Position numbers and translations under genes: made by a program | Origin: an uncultured bacterium | GTDB lineage: Bacteria; Myxococcota_A; CAZTSL01 | DNA: 43,310 bases | Assembly: GCA_964616915.1 (NCBI GenBank) | Contig: CAZTSL010000008.1 | Coordinates: 1 to 43,310 of the forward strand | Direction: 5' to 3' | Shown: positions 1 through 8,277 of the stretch, in pieces | How the letters are laid out: the number at the start of each line of letters is the position of its first letter | How positions within the stretch are numbered: position 1 is the first letter of the stretch | Notes under the pieces: model-generated | Seen by the model: the letters and a program-made list of their open reading frames with translations, nothing else | Told to the model about the DNA's origin: nothing | The model's database searches: none

Positions 1-1796
1 CAGATGTCGAGAAGATCGAGGGGGGGGAGGTGCACCCCCCGGCCGGGCGGGGGGAGGGGGAAGGGACGATAACCGTTGCCCTCCCAGACGACGAAGAGGT
101 ACTCGGGATCCTCGAGGGGCTCGTCGAAGCGGAAGCGGATCGTCCGGGGACGCCGATCGGGAAGCGCATCGACCGCCTCGATCACCAGCCCGTCGAGCCG
201 GATCGTCTCACCGGGACGCAACGTGTACCCCTCGTCGCGAAAGAGGCTGTCGATCGGTTCGGACCAGAATCCCCGCGCCGGTGTGATGCGAAGACTTCGG
301 GCATCCTCCCGGAAGACCTCGACGCTCCCGAGGGTCCCCACGAGCGACCAGGCACTCCGGGGGAGGGGACGCCCATGAAACCTGCGCATCACCCACCCGT
401 ACATCGGGAAGAAATGGTTCGGTGCCCGCAGGTGGACGAGTCGCCGCTGTGCGAGATTCGCGCCGGCCGCGATCCCCAGGTTCGAGCGTTCCACGATCCG
501 ATTGACATCCGTGGCGAACGAGGCGCGCAGGGGGAAGAGGAGCGGGGGGAGGAGAAGATGGATCCCCACGAAGAACCAGCGCATCACCTTGCCCACCCGC
601 TCCCTGGCGTCTCCTCCTGCCCCATCGGGCGCTCGTCCAGCGATTTCCCTGAAGATTTCGGCGATCAACCCGAACGCCCCAAATCCCACGAAGTAGAGGA
701 GACGATCCGAAGGGAAGGTCGCAGAGATGGGCAACGTGGCCAGCGCAAGCCCGAGAAGCCAGAACCTTGCCCGCCGGCTCCGCCGAAGGAGGGGCCACAC
801 GAGCCACAGAAATCCCGCCAGGAAGGCGGCCGCAATTCCCCAATGGGCCCACGATCCCCCCCCCCGCAGAAAGATCGAAAGATCGGCGGGGGGAAGAGCG
901 AACTGCCCGAGGAGCAGACGGGGGGCCCGGTCCACGAAGGCATGGAGAAAGCGCGCGGGATCCCGGAGCGGGTCGATGTAGGCCCCCGAATGGACCACCC
1001 CGTAACCGAGATGCCGGTAGAGGAGGCGCCACCCCACGACGAGGAGGAAGTAGGGCAAAAGCCGTCTGGCCCGCTCGAACCAGCGCCCCGAGTCGAGAAA
1101 GAGCGCATAGGCGAAGAGGTAGGCCCCGACCCCGATCGCCGCCTCCGCCGAGAGGAGCCCCATGGCAAGAAAGAGGAGGGCTGCCAGAAGCGCCCTCCAC
1201 CCCCCTTCCCGACACCAGGCCAGGTGCCGATCGAACGCAAGGAACGCGAAGATCGCGGCGAGCAGAGCGTTGCGGTTGGCGATCCACCCCACCGCCAACG
1301 CATGGGCATCGTCGATCGTATAGAGGAGGGCGGCCACCCCCGCAACCCAGGCCACGGGAAGGAGTTTCCGGTAGAGCTTCGCGAGGAGGAGAACGAGGAG
1401 CGCATACCCCAACACGTTCTCCAGGTGCATCCACCACACCTGCCCGGGCCAGAGGCGGTAGTCGAGACTGTGGGTAAGCGATGTGATCGGACGCCAGAAG
1501 GCGAGGTGGAGGTGGGGAGCGATGAACCAGGGCGCGCCCCCCTCCCGCATCAACTTCTCCCGGACCGCGGGATCCCGGGGGGTGAAGGAGAAGATATCGA
1601 AAGAGGATCCCGGAATGTCGGGAGGAAGCCCCACGACGTGGAAATAATGGACGTAGTCGTCGAGCGCCATCCCGTCGTCGAGTACGCCGGCCGACAGGAG
1701 GATCGCCATCCCCGCCAGCCAGAGGGGAAGATCCCGCCGCGAAAGCCAGGAGGAGAGACGACGTCCCACCCGGGTCCTTCTTCCATCCCCCTTCAC
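1..1796 (-). CDS. Polytopic membrane protein, GT-C-like (PMT/TMTC-type) glycosyltransferase candidate; 3' end truncated by window edge
   Basis: Absent from the track because it has no stop in the window. It is the antisense frame of ORF 30..1835. GTG at 1796 overlaps the upstream TGA (GTGA). Translation VKGDGRR..LDDGMALDDYVHY..FWRPITSLTHSLDYRLW..YTIDDAHALAVGWIANRNALL shows an acidic DD motif after TM1 and many TM helices. Confidence 0.75.
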   Translation of the reverse strand, partial: MKGDGRRTRVGRRLSSWLSRRDLPLWLAGMAILLSAGVLDDGMALDDYVHYFHVVGLPPDIPGSSFDIFSFTPRDPAVREKLMREGGAPWFIAPHLHLAFWRPITSLTHSLDYRLWPGQVWWMHLENVLGYALLVLLLAKLYRKLLPVAWVAGVAALLYTIDDAHALAVGWIANRNALLAAIFAFLAFDRHLAWCREGGWRALLAALLFLAMGLLSAEAAIGVGAYLFAYALFLDSGRWFERARRLLPYFLLVVGWRLLYRHLGYGVVHSGAYIDPLRDPARFLHAFVDRAPRLLLGQFALPPADLSIFLRGGGSWAHWGIAAAFLAGFLWLVWPLLRRSRRARFWLLGLALATLPISATFPSDRLLYFVGFGAFGLIAEIFREIAGRAPDGAGGDARERVGKVMRWFFVGIHLLLPPLLFPLRASFATDVNRIVERSNLGIAAGANLAQRRLVHLRAPNHFFPMYGWVMRRFHGRPLPRSAWSLVGTLGSVEVFREDARSLRITPARGFWSEPIDSLFRDEGYTLRPGETIRLDGLVIEAVDALPDRRPRTIRFRFDEPLEDPEYLFVVWEGNGYRPFPLPPPGRGVHLPPLDLLDI

Positions 1797-3337
1797 CGCA
1801 GCCGCCATGCCTGGGTGATCGCCCGCCAGCGGTAGGGATCCCATGTGAGGTAGCGCCAGAGCGAAAGGAGCCAGAGTCCCCCCAAGAGACACGCCGAAAG
1901 AGCGACGGCGAGAAGCACCACCCGTCCCCCCCGGGCGAGGGGGCGCTTCTGTGCCAGATCGAGGTTCACCCGGTGAAGGAGCGTAATCCACAGCGTCACG
2001 GCCATCGCCGCCAGGAGCGTGACGAAGGTGGTCAGGAGGCCAAGGAGCACGTCGTCCCCGATCGCCAGGGCGAAGGCGAGGAAGAATGCCAGCACTGCGG
2101 CGTTGACCCCTGGAAGGAGCCAGATCCCCACCCGCCAGGGCACCCGGACTCCGAAGAGACCGGCCAGGAGGGGATAGTCCTCCCACCCCCCCCGAGCCTG
2201 CGCGGAGCGACTCCGCACGAACGTATCCACGACGAAGGCGAGGGGAAGGAGGAAGAAGATCAGGAACCACGGATACTTCCCCCGGCGCAACCGCACGGAG
2301 TTGAGGAGGAGCGTGGCCCGGACCCGGCGAAGGAGACTTCCCGATCGCGCATCGTCGAGGAGCGCGATATACTGCTCACAGCGCCCCACGTTGAGCCGGA
2401 CCGCCCAGTGCCCGTAGTCCTTGAACTTCTTGCGGACGATCAGGAACGCCTGGTAGGCTCTCACGAGATCGTTCTCCATGAGGGCGCAGATCCCGAGCCA
2501 GAAGTAGGCGTTCGTCGTGTGGATCGGATTGAAGGCCCGCTCGCGGACGATATCGCCGTAGAGCCGTTTCGCCCTTTCGAGGTCCATCCGTTCGAGCGCG
2601 TCGGCGGCCAGCCACCGCCGGGCCTCCTGGAGGATGCCGACCTCGATCTCGTCCTTCGGATCGGAATAGGTCTCGAGGAGTTTGCGATAGATCGCCAGCG
2701 CCTTGCGCTGCCGCCACCGATCCTGATGGAGACGGGCGATCGCCAGGCGCAGGAGGCCCTCGAAAGGGCGAGGGGCACCCAATTTCGTTCGAGCCTCCTC
2801 GAAGAAGGCGATCATCTCCTTCTGGCGGCCGAAGCGTTTCGCCATCGTTTCGAGGGCGGTGATCGCATAGCGGGCCGCGGCTCCTTTCCTCGGATCATCG
2901 GGTCGTTGCGGGAGGAGGAGGAGACGGCGGAACTCCGTGTCGGCGATCTCGTAGAGCCGCTTCGGATTGCGCCCCCTCTGGAGGTAACGGACGAGCCGAT
3001 CGACCTCGAGGGAGAAGTCGATCTGCCCCGAGCGAACCCACCAGCGGACCGCGTTCTCCTGGTCTCCGATCTCATCGAACTTCTCGGCGGCCCACCACAT
3101 CCCCTCTCCGTCGTTTTCGCGGTAGAAATGCTCCGCGCGTTCCGTCAGACGCTCGCTCGTCCAGGTCTCGGCCGCCGCCGGGGAAGGAAGAAGGGAGAGG
3201 GGGGCAAGGAGTCCCATGCAGAGAAACCCCACCCAGATGAGCGGGGAAGCCGCCCTCCGTCGCCCGAAGGGACCTCCTTCCCGCCGCGCGTCCCCCCCGC
3301 CGGGGAAGGGCGTTCCTCGAACTTGCCGTTGGCTCAT
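1793..3337 (-). CDS. TPR-like repeat protein with N-terminal signal/anchor and C-terminal TM helices (514 aa)
   Basis: ATG at 3337 overlaps the upstream TGA (ATGA). Signal-like IWVGFLCMGLLAPLSLLPSPAAA. TPR-like helices such as KALAIYRKLLETY and NAYFWLGIC. About four hydrophobic C-terminal segments. Confidence 0.7.
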   Translation of the reverse strand: MSQRQVRGTPFPGGGDARREGGPFGRRRAASPLIWVGFLCMGLLAPLSLLPSPAAAETWTSERLTERAEHFYRENDGEGMWWAAEKFDEIGDQENAVRWWVRSGQIDFSLEVDRLVRYLQRGRNPKRLYEIADTEFRRLLLLPQRPDDPRKGAAARYAITALETMAKRFGRQKEMIAFFEEARTKLGAPRPFEGLLRLAIARLHQDRWRQRKALAIYRKLLETYSDPKDEIEVGILQEARRWLAADALERMDLERAKRLYGDIVRERAFNPIHTTNAYFWLGICALMENDLVRAYQAFLIVRKKFKDYGHWAVRLNVGRCEQYIALLDDARSGSLLRRVRATLLLNSVRLRRGKYPWFLIFFLLPLAFVVDTFVRSRSAQARGGWEDYPLLAGLFGVRVPWRVGIWLLPGVNAAVLAFFLAFALAIGDDVLLGLLTTFVTLLAAMAVTLWITLLHRVNLDLAQKRPLARGGRVVLLAVALSACLLGGLWLLSLWRYLTWDPYRWRAITQAWRLR

Positions 3338-4758
3338 GGGCAAACCCTGGCGATCGTGATCGGAAAGGTGGGGTGATAGGTGAGCGAAAAGCCATTGCCG
3401 AAGTCCGCGGCGACCGAATCGAGCGCCGCATCGAGCGAGGGGAAGCTCTCGAATCCCAGCCACTGGGCCACCTCCGGTTTGCGCGGCGCGGCAAAGACGA
3501 TCCGTCCCAGATGCCGCCGGGGGAAATTCGTGCTGTTCCACATGAAGAAGGGATGTGTCCCGTGGAAACCGTACGCATACCGGTAGCGGTGCAGGAACTC
3601 GGGGCGGTGCGCGTAGTCCTCGACGTAGCGATCCCAGATCTCGAAGGGATCCTTCGTCTCGGGGAGGATCTCCTCGTAGAAGGGACGGTAGGCTGGGTGG
3701 CGGGCATCGTCGAAGGTGTCGGTCAGAGGATGGTGGATGATGAGCACCCCCCCCTCCCGCACGAGGGGAACCCCTTCATAGAGGCCGAAGCTGTAGGCGA
3801 GCGCCAGATTCGTCACGAGGAGCGGATTGATCGTGGAGAACTGGGAATAGGGATCCTGGTTCGGAAGGCTGAGGAGGAGGGCATCGCTCTGCCCCGTCAC
3901 CGGGACGCTCTGCTGCGTGGCAAGGACCGAGAGGGTCCTCTCGTGGACCTCTGGGATCGAACCGGCATGGACCGCGGCGATCTGGGGAGGGGTTTCGCTG
4001 TTGAGCACCCCTTCGATCGTGAAGGGTTTCTTCCCCTCCGAAGCCAGGCGTGCCGTAAGGAGATCCCCCATCTCCCAGAGGATCTTGCGGAATGCGCTCC
4101 GTTTCGGATCCATGATCGAATGACCCGTGGTGGGGAAGGGGCGATGGTGATGCCGGATGCTCCGGAAGGAGGAGAGCCCCACCACGATCGATTTCCATCC
4201 CCCGTTCATGGGGGTGAGCGTGAGATTGACGTAGAAGAACTGATCCGCCTCCATGACCGCCCGGTTGACCTCCACCTCGATGCCGCGCTCCGTCTCGCCG
4301 AGATGGCAAAGCTCGGCCGGATCCTCGGCGTCGTGGCAGTAGAGCCGGTGGGGGGGCCAGAAGGTGGTGATTCCCTGGCCGAGGATCCGGGCCAACTCGA
4401 AGCGCATCCACTTGCGGTGCAGGGCATTGGCGCAGATCAACCGGATGTCGCCGGGCCGCACCCCCACCTCGGTCAGTTCCTGGAGGAGGACGCCGATCGC
4501 GATCTCCCGGAAGTCGGGATCGGTCATTGGGGCGACGGCGGGATCGTCGAAGGCGACCGTAACCCGTGCGCCGGGTCCCACGAGTTCCCGGACGGGTCGA
4601 TGGGCGATCGGCGCCTGGAGCGCCGCGCGTACTGCGCTCTCCACGTCGGCCAGGGGGGCATGAGGGGGAGGAGGGCGCAAGATCCGCGTCCCCTCGGGGA
4701 GCGTGAGGGGAACCACCTCATCGCCATAGAACCCTTCACACACGATCGGTCGCTTCAT
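3334..4758 (-). CDS. Lactate racemase (LarA/DUF2088) domain-containing protein
   Basis: VRAALQAPI..ARVTVAFDD, ANALHR, HDAED, VEVNRAV and NGGWKS match the LarA-superfamily N-terminal domain. Substrate unknown. Confidence 0.8.
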   Translation of the reverse strand: MKRPIVCEGFYGDEVVPLTLPEGTRILRPPPPHAPLADVESAVRAALQAPIAHRPVRELVGPGARVTVAFDDPAVAPMTDPDFREIAIGVLLQELTEVGVRPGDIRLICANALHRKWMRFELARILGQGITTFWPPHRLYCHDAEDPAELCHLGETERGIEVEVNRAVMEADQFFYVNLTLTPMNGGWKSIVVGLSSFRSIRHHHRPFPTTGHSIMDPKRSAFRKILWEMGDLLTARLASEGKKPFTIEGVLNSETPPQIAAVHAGSIPEVHERTLSVLATQQSVPVTGQSDALLLSLPNQDPYSQFSTINPLLVTNLALAYSFGLYEGVPLVREGGVLIIHHPLTDTFDDARHPAYRPFYEEILPETKDPFEIWDRYVEDYAHRPEFLHRYRYAYGFHGTHPFFMWNSTNFPRRHLGRIVFAAPRKPEVAQWLGFESFPSLDAALDSVAADFGNGFSLTYHPTFPITIARVCP

Positions 4759-5467
4759 CCGGCGCCTCCAGGCGTCTCATCTGTGCGTCCACCTCCTGGA
4801 TCGTTTCGTGGACCCCGTCGAGGAGTCGGCCGATCTCAGCGGCCCCCCTCTCGAGGTCCTCCATCGAGGCGGAGCGGAGCATGGTTCGGGTATCGGAGAG
4901 GAGGTGATAGAACTTCTCCACGGAGGCGGCCTGGCTGCGGCGACGCACGAGGAACGCCTCGAGGTGATTCTTGCGGTGCTGCGCGCTCTTGAGGGCCTCT
5001 TCCCAGGCATCGCGCTCCTCCTTCGTGGTGGCACCGAGAGATTGGGCCGAAAGGCGAGCGATCTCCCCTTCGAGTTCCTTCCACTCCCGGCAGGCGGCAA
5101 GGAGGTGGGGCTTCGATCGCCGCAGTGAGCGCTCGAGACGCTTTGCCCAGCGATCGATCTCCTCGAGGCGGCGCTGCTCCTCCTCGAGGGTATTCCCCTT
5201 GCCGAAGGCCCCGATCTGGCGGTGGAGCCCCTCGAGGATCCGCCGGCTCTCGCGGAGTCGCTTGCGCATCCGCTTCTCCTCCCGAAGGAGCGGGTCCTCT
5301 TCCGGAAAGAAGCTCGAGAGCGCCGCGTAGGTGAGAAGGGCGAGGACGATCTCGTCGAGAAAGGGGAGGGGATCGAGGTTCCCCCACGAGGCGAGGAGGA
5401 GGAGGAGGAGGAGGAACGTCGCAAGGAGACGAAGGGGGAGCGGGAGTTCCTTGAAACGCTCTCTCAT
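4736..5467 (-). CDS. Hypothetical membrane-anchored coiled-coil protein (243 aa)
   Basis: N-terminal hydrophobic hairpin with LDPLPFLDEIVLALL, then a long E/R/L-rich heptad region. An alternative start at 5500 is possible. Confidence 0.65.
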   Translation of the reverse strand: MRERFKELPLPLRLLATFLLLLLLLASWGNLDPLPFLDEIVLALLTYAALSSFFPEEDPLLREEKRMRKRLRESRRILEGLHRQIGAFGKGNTLEEEQRRLEEIDRWAKRLERSLRRSKPHLLAACREWKELEGEIARLSAQSLGATTKEERDAWEEALKSAQHRKNHLEAFLVRRRSQAASVEKFYHLLSDTRTMLRSASMEDLERGAAEIGRLLDGVHETIQEVDAQMRRLEAPDEATDRV

Positions 5468-5579
5468 CTGGGTCTTCCGCTCACCACTGTCGGGGCGCAA
5501 CGACGGCCTCCCTTCTCCGGGAAGGCGGGTGGGGCATCATCCGGCATGCAAATCCCCATCCGCGGTGGGGGGATTCGGA

Positions 5580-6626
5580 TCAATCCCGGAGGATCCCCCG
5601 AACGATCCGTTCCTCGGCGAGCCGATCCGCCACCTCCGAAGTCGGTTCTCCCGAGCGCTTGCTCTCCTCGTAGATTTCGACGAGGGTGTCGGCGATCCGA
5701 TCGATCCGTTCCTCGACACGGGCTTTCTGATAGCCGAACCATTCGTCCGCGACGTGGATGAGGCCCCCGGCGTTGATGACGTAGTCGGGGGCGTAGAGGA
5801 TCCCCTTCTCCATGAGCATCCTGCCGTGCCGCGGCTCGGCGAGCTGGTTGTTCGCGGCGCCGGCGATCACCCGGCAGGAGATCGTCTCGATCGTCTCGTC
5901 GTTGATGACCCCGCCCAGCGCGCAGGGGGCCAGGATGTCGCAGGGGGTCCGGTAGGCATCGACGGGTTGCACGGTCCTGGCGCCCAGGTCCCGGGCAAGC
6001 GTTTCGGCCCGGTCGGGGAAGATGTCGCTCAGGATGAGGTTGGCGCCCTTTTCCGCCAGTCGCCGGGCAAGGTGGGAGCCCACATGGCCGCAGCCCGGGA
6101 GGAGGATCGTGCGTCCCGCGATCGAATCTTCTCCCGTGGCATACCGCCAGGTCGCCTCGATCCCGAGCGCGACGCCCCGGGCGGTGAAGGGGGAGGGATC
6201 GCCGCTGCTCCCCTTCTCTGGAGAGTATCCGACGACGAAACGTGTCTCCTCCCGGACGATGTCCATGTCGGGCACCGAGGTTCCGGAATCCTCGGTCGTG
6301 ATGTAGAGCCCATTCAACCGATCGACGAAGCGGCCATAGGCCCGCAGGATGTCGCGGGTCTTCTGGCGCGGGTCGAGGAGAAGGACCGCCTTGCCCCCGC
6401 CGAGTTCGAGTCCCGCCATGGCGGCCTTGTGCGTCATCCCCCGTGCCAGGCGCAGCGCGTCCTCGATCGCGGCCTCCTCGGAGGGATAGGGGTAGCAACG
6501 GGCGCCTCCCAGGGCGGGGCCCCGGGAGGTGTTGTGGACCGCGATGATCGCCTTGAGCCCCGTGTTGCGGTCCTGGCAGAAGACGACCTGTTCGAAATCG
6601 TGTGTGCGCATCTTTTCGAGCAACAT
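5580..6626 (-). CDS. ldh: Leucine dehydrogenase family (Glu/Leu/Phe/Val dehydrogenase), internal start within the mazG frame (348 aa)
   Basis: AAGGAG SD before ATG 6626. Motifs HNTSRGPALGGAR, RLARGMTHK, LGGGKAV, TTEDSGT, GDPSPFTARGV, PCALGG, GAANNQL and YAPDYVINAGG. Confidence 0.85.
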   Translation of the reverse strand: MLLEKMRTHDFEQVVFCQDRNTGLKAIIAVHNTSRGPALGGARCYPYPSEEAAIEDALRLARGMTHKAAMAGLELGGGKAVLLLDPRQKTRDILRAYGRFVDRLNGLYITTEDSGTSVPDMDIVREETRFVVGYSPEKGSSGDPSPFTARGVALGIEATWRYATGEDSIAGRTILLPGCGHVGSHLARRLAEKGANLILSDIFPDRAETLARDLGARTVQPVDAYRTPCDILAPCALGGVINDETIETISCRVIAGAANNQLAEPRHGRMLMEKGILYAPDYVINAGGLIHVADEWFGYQKARVEERIDRIADTLVEIYEESKRSGEPTSEVADRLAEERIVRGILRD

Positions 6627-7508
6627 GACCGACGCTCCTTTCTCGGTAACCAGATCCGATGCCACATCGCGCAGCGGAGAGTCTTCATCGATGGGGAGAG
6701 TCCCCCCCCTTCTTTTTCGTGGATCTCCAGGGATGCTCATCATTACTTTCTCCATCCGCTTGGCTTCCTCCCACAAGGCTTCCATCTCTTCGATCGAGGC
6801 TTCACCGAGCCGGGTGCCGAGTCGCGCCTCGATCTGCTGGAAGCGGCGGATGAAGCGTTCGAGCATACGGTGGAGAGCCTCCTCGGCCGTCATGTCGAGA
6901 AAACGTGCCACGTTGACGATGACGAAGAGGAGGTCACCGATTTCCGCCTCGATCCGGGTGCGGTCGCCGGAGGCGACGGCCTCCTCGAGTTCACCGAGTT
7001 CCTCGTGTGCCTTTTCGAGGATCTCCTCGACGCGGTCCCAGTCGAACCCGGTCGATGCGGCCTTTTCGCTGAGTCGCTGGGCGCGCAGCAATGCGGGGAG
7101 CTTGCGGGGAACCCCTGCGAGCACGGAGGTTCCCTCCTGCCGTTCCCTGGCCTTGATCCTCGCCCAGTTCTCGGTGACCTCTTGTGCATCCTTGACGGTC
7201 ACGTCTCCGAAGACGTGGGGGTGGCGGCGGATCATCTTTCCGGCGATCCCCTCGATCACGTCATCGATGTCGAAGTCCCCTTCCCGTCTTGCCAGTTCGG
7301 CCTGGAAGACGATCTGGAAGAGGAGGTCGCCGAGTTCCTCGCGGATCTTCTCCGGCGTCCCCTCCTCGATCGCCTCGATCACCTCGTAGGCTTCTTCGAT
7401 CAGATAGTGCTTGAGCGTCTCGAAGGTCTGCGCCTGATCCCAGGGGCACTCCTCCCGAAGCCGTACCATGATCTGGACGAGATCTTCGAATCTTCGCCGC
7501 TCTTTCAT
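5580..7508 (-). CDS. mazG: MazG nucleoside triphosphate pyrophosphohydrolase, continuing in frame into a Leu/Phe/Val dehydrogenase (642 aa as sequenced)
   Basis: ATG 7508 with GAGG SD. MazG motifs CPWD, IEEAYEV, EELGDLL, RRHPHVF, GFDW, EIGDLLF and LWEEAK; MazG similarity ends at about 6747. No in-frame stop until 5580. Confidence 0.85.
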   Translation of the reverse strand: MKERRRFEDLVQIMVRLREECPWDQAQTFETLKHYLIEEAYEVIEAIEEGTPEKIREELGDLLFQIVFQAELARREGDFDIDDVIEGIAGKMIRRHPHVFGDVTVKDAQEVTENWARIKARERQEGTSVLAGVPRKLPALLRAQRLSEKAASTGFDWDRVEEILEKAHEELGELEEAVASGDRTRIEAEIGDLLFVIVNVARFLDMTAEEALHRMLERFIRRFQQIEARLGTRLGEASIEEMEALWEEAKRMEKVMMSIPGDPRKRRGGTLPIDEDSPLRDVASDLVTEKGASVMLLEKMRTHDFEQVVFCQDRNTGLKAIIAVHNTSRGPALGGARCYPYPSEEAAIEDALRLARGMTHKAAMAGLELGGGKAVLLLDPRQKTRDILRAYGRFVDRLNGLYITTEDSGTSVPDMDIVREETRFVVGYSPEKGSSGDPSPFTARGVALGIEATWRYATGEDSIAGRTILLPGCGHVGSHLARRLAEKGANLILSDIFPDRAETLARDLGARTVQPVDAYRTPCDILAPCALGGVINDETIETISCRVIAGAANNQLAEPRHGRMLMEKGILYAPDYVINAGGLIHVADEWFGYQKARVEERIDRIADTLVEIYEESKRSGEPTSEVADRLAEERIVRGILRD

Positions 7509-7548
7509 CTGGGGTTCCTCATCGTGGGCCCGGTTTCGGCTCGTTCGC

Positions 7549-7577
7549 ATCATACACCGCGCACCGGCGGGTGTCAA
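7549..7577 (-). promoter_or_regulatory. Sigma70 promoter for mazG
   Basis: TTGACA (7577-7572) - 17 nt - TATGAT (7554-7549), 40 nt upstream of ATG 7508. Confidence 0.75.
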
Positions 7578-7603
7578 AGAGGGGGAAGGCGGGGGGCATC
7601 GTC

Positions 7604-8038
7604 TCAGGAGGAGGAGGGAGCGATCGCACCGATCACGGTGACGACGATCGTGCGGTCGCGCGGCTTGATGTCGCATTCGACATGGAAGATCTGCTGCCAG
7701 GTGCCCAGGATCGGCTTGCCATCCCGGAAGGGGAGGGTGAGCGAGGGGCCAAGGAGGGTCGCCTGAAGGTGCGAGTGGCCGTTGCCGTCGTGCCAGGTCT
7801 GCTCGTGGCCGTAGTTGCGGCTTGGGGGGATCAATCGGTCGAGGATCTCGGGGAGATCCTTGCGCAGCCCCGGTTCGAATTCGATCGTGCCGACTGCGGC
7901 GGTGCTTCCGACGTTGAAGATCTGGACGATCCCGACCCCTTGTCCCGACTCCCGGATGATCGCCCGAACCTCGTCGGTGATGTCGTGCATGTCGCCATGC
8001 CCCTTCGTCCGGATGTGAATCTCCTTCTGGTGGATCAT
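7604..8038 (-). CDS. yjbQ: YjbQ/UPF0047 family protein (secondary thiamine-phosphate synthase-like)
   Basis: GAGGAG SD and ATG 8038. Motifs DITDEV, GSTAA, E.EPGL..D, Y.H...WHDGNGHSHL and LGTWQQIF. Confidence 0.88.
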   Translation of the reverse strand: MIHQKEIHIRTKGHGDMHDITDEVRAIIRESGQGVGIVQIFNVGSTAAVGTIEFEPGLRKDLPEILDRLIPPSRNYGHEQTWHDGNGHSHLQATLLGPSLTLPFRDGKPILGTWQQIFHVECDIKPRDRTIVVTVIGAIAPSSS

Positions 8039-8147
8039 GCGCCGCCCTCCTCGTCGCGTTCTGAGGCGCTGGAAGCGATACGTTGTCTCGAGGAACTTGG
8101 GGTCTGGCCGGTCCGTGAAGCGGGGCACCTTCAAAGGAGCGGGGGGA

Positions 8148-8231
8148 TGCCGGAGGAGAGACTCGAACTCTCACAAGGTCGCCCTCACCGGATTTTGAAT
8201 CCGGCGCGTCTACCAGTTCCGCCACTCCGGC
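8148..8231 (-). tRNA. tRNA-Leu (anticodon CAA), CCA not encoded
   Basis: GCCGGAG acceptor stem pairs with CTCCGGC-A. D loop AACTGGTAGAC, anticodon arm CCGGA-TTCAAAA-TCCGG, long variable arm, T loop GTTCGAGTC. Confidence 0.96.
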
Positions 8232-8248
8232 GTTCGCGCATCGGAGGA

Positions 8249-8277
8249 AGGATAGCCTTTTCCTCGTGGAAAGTCAA
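8249..8277 (-). promoter_or_regulatory. Sigma70 promoter for tRNA-Leu (and possibly yjbQ)
   Basis: TTGACT (8277-8272, overlapping the upstream stop codon) - 17 nt - TATCCT (8254-8249). Confidence 0.6.

Noticed and set aside
30-1835. Long plus-strand ORFs such as 30..1835, 5331..7766, 25218..27398, 34794..37139 and 38896..41202
   Set aside because: They are antisense shadows of real minus-strand genes in GC-rich DNA, with no recognisable motifs.
7509-8225. N-terminal 239 codons of the 881-aa track ORF
   Set aside because: They run through tRNA-Leu and yjbQ. mazG has its own promoter, SD and ATG at 7508.
8148-8231. tRNA-Leu as an island integration site
   Set aside because: No integrase, no duplicated tRNA 3' end and no compositional break were seen.
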